DNA of 64,000 nucleotides, from contig JBDKFG010000006.1 of NCBI GenBank assembly GCA_039798785.1, forward strand, positions 1 to 64,000. The letters run 5' to 3'. The stretch is from Verrucomicrobiota bacterium (GTDB taxonomy: Bacteria > Verrucomicrobiota > Lentisphaeria > Lentisphaerales > Lentisphaeraceae). The notes below the pieces were generated by a model. The model did no database searches. It was not told the origin of the DNA and saw only the letters and a program-made list of their open reading frames with translations. The position numbers were made by a program, and so were the translations under genes. Position 1 is the stretch's first letter; each line of letters begins with the position of its first letter. This document shows positions 59,704 to 64,000 of this stretch, one piece after another.

Positions 59704-60396
59704 ATGTCGACCGCGATTTCGATTCTCCTGATCGCCCTGCTAGTGCTGCTGGTGAAAAAAAGGCTTCAGACTCCGGCCCGGCGACTGGCTGCGGCGGTTT
59801 TCCTGCTGATCGGGGTCCTCGCTTCGCAGGTATACGAAAAATGGCAAGAGTCGCGCAGCGGGCGCGACGAACGGCTGATGAAGATCCAGGCGCTTCAATC
59901 CAAGCTGCCCTATGCAGTGTCATTGGCAGCTGAACTCAGCCGGAACAAAGTCGTCTTTGTCATCAGAAATCCGGTTTTTGATCCGCGCTCCAAAAGCGCC
60001 TCGAACGGCCAGGCCGGAACCTCCTTGAGCAAATTGCAGGTTCCCTTCCCGCCCGACATCAAACTCTTCGACATGGAACTCAAAGGGGGCGAATTCAGCC
60101 TGAGCGACTGCAAGCCGCTGGAGGCACATCCTGGCGCCGCAGTGGTTCTGGATTGCGCGGCCTCGGCAGATTCGGAGGCCATCGGACATCTGCTGGAATC
60201 AGGACGAGTCATCGTCGTTTCCCAGCAGCGTCTATATCCTTCGTTCAAGCCCTTGCTCGGCAAGGGCGTGAGCGCCGTCATCACCGACATCAAAAACCCG
60301 CCAACGGCCAGTCCTGCCATGGCCTCCCTGCGAGATCTTTTCCTCAGTCGCTACACCGTCGAAACGGCCAAGACAAACACCCGGGAGACACCATGA
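59704..60396 (+). CDS. Hypothetical membrane-anchored protein (2 N-terminal TM)
   Basis: AAGGAA SD; ATGA overlap with the downstream pilin-like gene. Confidence 0.7.
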   Translation: MSTAISILLIALLVLLVKKRLQTPARRLAAAVFLLIGVLASQVYEKWQESRSGRDERLMKIQALQSKLPYAVSLAAELSRNKVVFVIRNPVFDPRSKSASNGQAGTSLSKLQVPFPPDIKLFDMELKGGEFSLSDCKPLEAHPGAAVVLDCAASADSEAIGHLLESGRVIVVSQQRLYPSFKPLLGKGVSAVITDIKNPPTASPAMASLRDLFLSRYTVETAKTNTRETP

Positions 60397-61142
60397 AAAC
60401 CATGGCAAAAAAGTTCACGCTGATCGAACTTCTGACGGTTGTCTGCGTGATCGCCATCCTGATGGCTCTGCTGTTGCCGGCCATCGGCAGAGCACGCAAG
60501 TCGGGCGGGCAAGCGACTTGCTTCAATAACTACCATCAAGTCAGCCTCAGCTTCCGGATGTACTCCGACGACAACCTCGGTTGGTGCGTGCCGGCATCCA
60601 CCTCAGATCCGCTTGACGGCGGACCCTGGGCGGCCATCTCCTGGGACGACCTTTTCAGCCGCTATGACGGCAGAATGCTGCCATTGTCTCAAATGCAGCT
60701 GTATGGCATTCCCACAAGCGACACCAACAAGGTGAACAAGATCTACAACTGCCCTCTGGACAGCACGGCACCGGGCAGCTTGAACCTGCGCAGCATGGCC
60801 ATCAATCTCGAAGTCAGCGGCATCTGGAGCGGCGGCAATTGGGGGCCGGGACCCTGTCGCATCGACGCGATCGCCTCTCCCTCCACAACCGTGTCTTTCG
60901 TAGAGCGCTATTACGAAGGCGACGGGACTCGCAATGCCCTCGGAAATTGGGCCGGAAGTTATTTTCATAACGGCGATGGCCCGATGAACCCGAATTGGAT
61001 CTTCGGCATTCAGACCTCCAATGACGACTTGAGCACACCGGTCAGCAATCACCCCAATCCGCAAAATCTCCCCTGGCTCCATGTCGACGGACATGTCGAG
61101 ATCCAAAGCCGGCTCTACAAGGTCTCGAACTATTCCCGTTGA
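60393..61142 (+). CDS. Prepilin-type N-terminal methylation domain protein (PVC type)
   Basis: KKFTLIELLTVVCVIAILMALLLPA, CFNNYHQ, YNCP, C-terminal H...VDGHVE. Confidence 0.88.
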   Translation: MKTMAKKFTLIELLTVVCVIAILMALLLPAIGRARKSGGQATCFNNYHQVSLSFRMYSDDNLGWCVPASTSDPLDGGPWAAISWDDLFSRYDGRMLPLSQMQLYGIPTSDTNKVNKIYNCPLDSTAPGSLNLRSMAINLEVSGIWSGGNWGPGPCRIDAIASPSTTVSFVERYYEGDGTRNALGNWAGSYFHNGDGPMNPNWIFGIQTSNDDLSTPVSNHPNPQNLPWLHVDGHVEIQSRLYKVSNYSR

Positions 61143-61165
61143 CAGCTCCCTTCGCCAGATCCATC

Positions 61166-61191
61166 AGCCGCCGGACACCGGCGGCTTTTTT
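61166..61191 (+). terminator. Rho-independent terminator
   Basis: AGCCGCCGG-aca-CCGGCGGCT followed by TTTTT, just downstream of the stop at 61142. Confidence 0.8.
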
Positions 61192-61309
61192 GCGGCCGGT
61201 AAATTCGCGGTTTTCCTGATCTTGCTGTCAAATTCCGCTTCCCGCAGGCATTGGACTAGATGGCAAGACGAATTCCCTGCCACGAAACCCCATCCTGAAG
61301 GAACAAGCC

Positions 61310-62011
61310 ATGAGCACCAAACGAATTTTCACCCTGGTCGAAATGATGGTCGTCGTCGCTCTCGTGCTGGTCCTGCTGTCCTTGCTCCTGCCGGCCTTGG
61401 CGCGCATCCGCAATCAAGCCGATATCGCTCTCTGTGGCAGCAATCTCAAGCAGCTCTACACCTACCACTGGCTCCACGCGAAGGATCATAAAGGCAACAT
61501 CGTGACCGTCCCGACCCATGTCGGCTACTGCGAGTTCGATAACTTCGGCCGGACGGGTTGGATTTCTCTCGGCATCATGGATCGCCGGTTGAACTACTAC
61601 ATCGACCCGAATCTGAACAGCTCCTCGCGCTTGGACATCGTCAACTGCCCCACGGATGCCAAGGAAGGCGGCGCCCTGATCACTAAGAAATACGGGACTT
61701 CCTACTACACCAACATCGGCTATCTCACCGGTGTTTTCGCCTCGCGGAATTACGACGTCATGGACAACCCGAATCCGACTGATTCGATCATGAAAGTCGG
61801 CAATCCGTCCCAGATGATGCTGGTGGGGGAGTTGGGCTTGTACTGGAGGGCAAAAGGGCGCGGCTGGATGAGCTTCGGCGGACACTGGGCCGAAAACAAC
61901 GAAGGCTCGTTTAATCTGGTCACTGTCGATGGCAGTCTGAAAACCCGCCAATATCTGGGATGGGGAGCGACCGCCAACAATCAGTTCGACCTGCAGAACC
62001 AGCAGCCATGA
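61310..62011 (+). CDS. Prepilin-type N-terminal methylation domain protein (PVC type)
   Basis: RIFTLVEMMVVVALVLVLLSLLLPAL, CGSNLKQ, NCPTD, H...FNLVTVDG. Confidence 0.88.
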   Translation: MSTKRIFTLVEMMVVVALVLVLLSLLLPALARIRNQADIALCGSNLKQLYTYHWLHAKDHKGNIVTVPTHVGYCEFDNFGRTGWISLGIMDRRLNYYIDPNLNSSSRLDIVNCPTDAKEGGALITKKYGTSYYTNIGYLTGVFASRNYDVMDNPNPTDSIMKVGNPSQMMLVGELGLYWRAKGRGWMSFGGHWAENNEGSFNLVTVDGSLKTRQYLGWGATANNQFDLQNQQP

Positions 62012-62715
62012 GCCATGTCATGAATGCCGCAGCCTTCATCCTCACGGTCGCAGCCCTCATCATGAGTGTGGCGGCCAGGCGCAACCCGGCGAGCAAGGCC
62101 AGGTTTATGCGGGCGCCTTCAGCCATCCTGGCCATCCTCTTCGGTGCATCGGGACTGCTCGTCAGCAGCGGCGCAAGACTGCAGGATGGATGCGATCTGG
62201 ATTCAGCCCGCGCACGTGCCGAATTCATCGTCCGCACAGCCCAATCGGAAGCCGCCTTGAAATCCTTGTCGGGACAGCGTCTGATCCTGATAACTGGACA
62301 GCCCCCCGAAGACGCCCAGCCCAACAAGGAATTCCAAATCAGTCTTGAGGAAGTCATGAAAGGCCTTGCCGGATGGAAAATCGAGGTGATTAAAATCCCC
62401 AGCGGATTCTCCGCCTTCAAATCGGCAGAGCTCGAAAAGCGCTTGAGCGGCAAAGAATGGGACGTCCTTGTCAGTTTCATCGGACTTCCGCAAGACCTGG
62501 ACTGCATGGCTGCCGGCGATCTGGGCGAACTTTGCGCCAAGCGGGTCGTCATTGTCGGATCAGGATCGATAGAGGATGTCGACAAAGCCCTGGAATTAAA
62601 GCTCTTTGACCGGGCCCTCGCGCCCGATTCGGTCCGGAACCGCAATTACGGCACCTGCCTTGATTGGAAAGGAAGAAACCAAGTCGTGGACATCCGCGGC
62701 CAGAGGTCGCCTTGA
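62008..62715 (+). CDS. Hypothetical membrane-anchored protein (2 N-terminal TM, alpha/beta domain)
   Basis: ATGA overlap with the pilin-like gene; DVLVSFIGLP. Confidence 0.7.
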   Translation: MSHVMNAAAFILTVAALIMSVAARRNPASKARFMRAPSAILAILFGASGLLVSSGARLQDGCDLDSARARAEFIVRTAQSEAALKSLSGQRLILITGQPPEDAQPNKEFQISLEEVMKGLAGWKIEVIKIPSGFSAFKSAELEKRLSGKEWDVLVSFIGLPQDLDCMAAGDLGELCAKRVVIVGSGSIEDVDKALELKLFDRALAPDSVRNRNYGTCLDWKGRNQVVDIRGQRSP

Positions 62716-62858
62716 GAATGCGCCGCTCACCGACGCCGGCGGTTGCAAACGCAAGGAATAGGGACATCATTTGATGCAGCATCATCTTGCCAATCATAAA
62801 AATCTGCTTCTAATTTCAAATGCATCCTATACGATCTTCCTGTCTTTTGGAGTCCGAA

Positions 62859-63740
62859 ATGAAAAGCCAATTCAAGCCCGAGGGTTTTGCTGGGCAGAAA
62901 TTACTTCGGCTCGGCAAGGCGCAACAATCATGGTGCCGGCAGGATGCGGCGTCGTCGCAGCTCTTCGTCACCGACATTGGCTTCTACCCGCAGGCGGAAC
63001 GGCATCGCGTCGACCGGCCTGACGGGGCTGCCGGCTGCGTCTTGATCCTCTGCACCCGTGGCCGCGGCTGGGTTGATACGGGAGGAGGCGAGAAGGAGGT
63101 GAAGGCCGGAGAGTTCTTCTTCATTCCCGCTCGACGGCGGCATGGCTACGGCACTTGTGCGGACAGCTATTGGAGCAAGTACTGGGTCCACTTCGAAGGC
63201 GAGATGGCGACGGAGATGGCGGCGCAGCTGGACGACGCGACGGAGTCGCCGCAGCTGGCTCCCGAGCCGGCACCCTGCGTCGCCCTGTTCGAGGAGATGA
63301 TCTCGATCCTCGAGGCGGGGCCCCTGCAGGTGAATCTGTCGCGGATCAATTTCCGTCTCTGGCACCTGCTCAGCCTCTTTATACACCGCGAGGTGGCGGC
63401 GAACCGACTTGAGGGCGGTGCGGCTGCGATTGAGAGTTGTCTGCATTTTCTCCGCACCCACGTCGGCCAGCGCCTCAGTCTTGAGGCGATGGCGTCGCAT
63501 GCCGGTCTTTCTCCCAGCCGCTTCTCGGCGCTTTTCCGGCAGCGGACTGGCACTTCGCCGCTTGATTTCCATATCCAGCTGAAGATGCAGGAAGCCTGCC
63601 GGCAGCTGGTGCTCGGACGGGGGCGGATCCAGGACGTCGCCGCTTCCCTCGGCTATGACAACCCGTATTATTTCTCGCGCCTTTTCCGCCAAGTGGTCGG
63701 CCACTCGCCGCGCCAGTACCGCGAACGATTCCAAGCTTGA
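62859..63740 (+). CDS. AraC-family transcriptional regulator
   Basis: VTDIGFYP, cupin G.GW..HGY..YWVHF, HTH LSPSRFSALF, LGYDNPYYFSRLFRQVVGHSPRQYR. Confidence 0.95.
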   Translation: MKSQFKPEGFAGQKLLRLGKAQQSWCRQDAASSQLFVTDIGFYPQAERHRVDRPDGAAGCVLILCTRGRGWVDTGGGEKEVKAGEFFFIPARRRHGYGTCADSYWSKYWVHFEGEMATEMAAQLDDATESPQLAPEPAPCVALFEEMISILEAGPLQVNLSRINFRLWHLLSLFIHREVAANRLEGGAAAIESCLHFLRTHVGQRLSLEAMASHAGLSPSRFSALFRQRTGTSPLDFHIQLKMQEACRQLVLGRGRIQDVAASLGYDNPYYFSRLFRQVVGHSPRQYRERFQA

Positions 63741-64000
63741 CGCGACCCTGCCTCAATCTGGGTCTGCGCCGATGCGGCTTGACCCTGGGCTACCATGTAC
63801 GACCCGCAAGAGGTCGAGCAACTGAAAGAATTGTGGAGCGCTGCACTATCTCCCCTCGGATCAATCTCTGTCGCCGACGGAGACGGCGAAACCGCATCAA
63901 TCCTCCTCCTTGCTCGCTCCTCGTGCCGCCAGAGCGCGTTCGCGGGTGGCCGCGAGATCCAGGACTGGCCAGGGATAGGACTGGCCTAGACTGACCCCAG

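Noticed and set aside
63795..63989. 64-aa ORF at the window end
   Set aside because: Short, with no clear SD or motif; it cannot be supported.

Overview
GC-rich bacterial chromosome segment. The gene content (DUF1549/DUF1553 plus DUF1501 pair, sulfatase, ECF sigma-Ser/Thr kinase pairs, FecR-type anti-sigma, prepilin-like proteins) suggests a PVC-superphylum organism, most like Lentisphaerae; this is an inference. About 55 CDS can be supported. Housekeeping genes include prmA, ddl, tlyA, miaA, lspA, dksA, zwf and rlmI. The window also carries a SWIM-SNF2 helicase, a partial furan/cyclopropane fatty-acid-type cluster with no methylase gene, and a glycan-utilisation-like locus (GH20, sugar porter, pilin-like pairs, AraC). 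The most notable system is an operon at 28.9-37.8 kb: aldehyde dehydrogenase, a DUF5690-like transporter, a cytoplasmic PchP-like HAD phosphatase, a single-chain EutB-EutC fusion, DUF779, and a second canonical eutB/eutC pair. It is a candidate phosphoethanolamine/amino-alcohol catabolic pathway with two B12 ammonia-lyases. Other oddities are a Ser/Thr kinase with a WNK-like displaced lysine, several intergenic 7-10 nt tandem arrays (some in inverted pairs), a two-copy ~150 bp element with inverted ends, and REP-like hairpins beside AT-richer orphan genes. No rRNA, tRNA, CRISPR array, transposase or integrase was recognised. All family assignments come from motif recognition by eye; no database searches were run.
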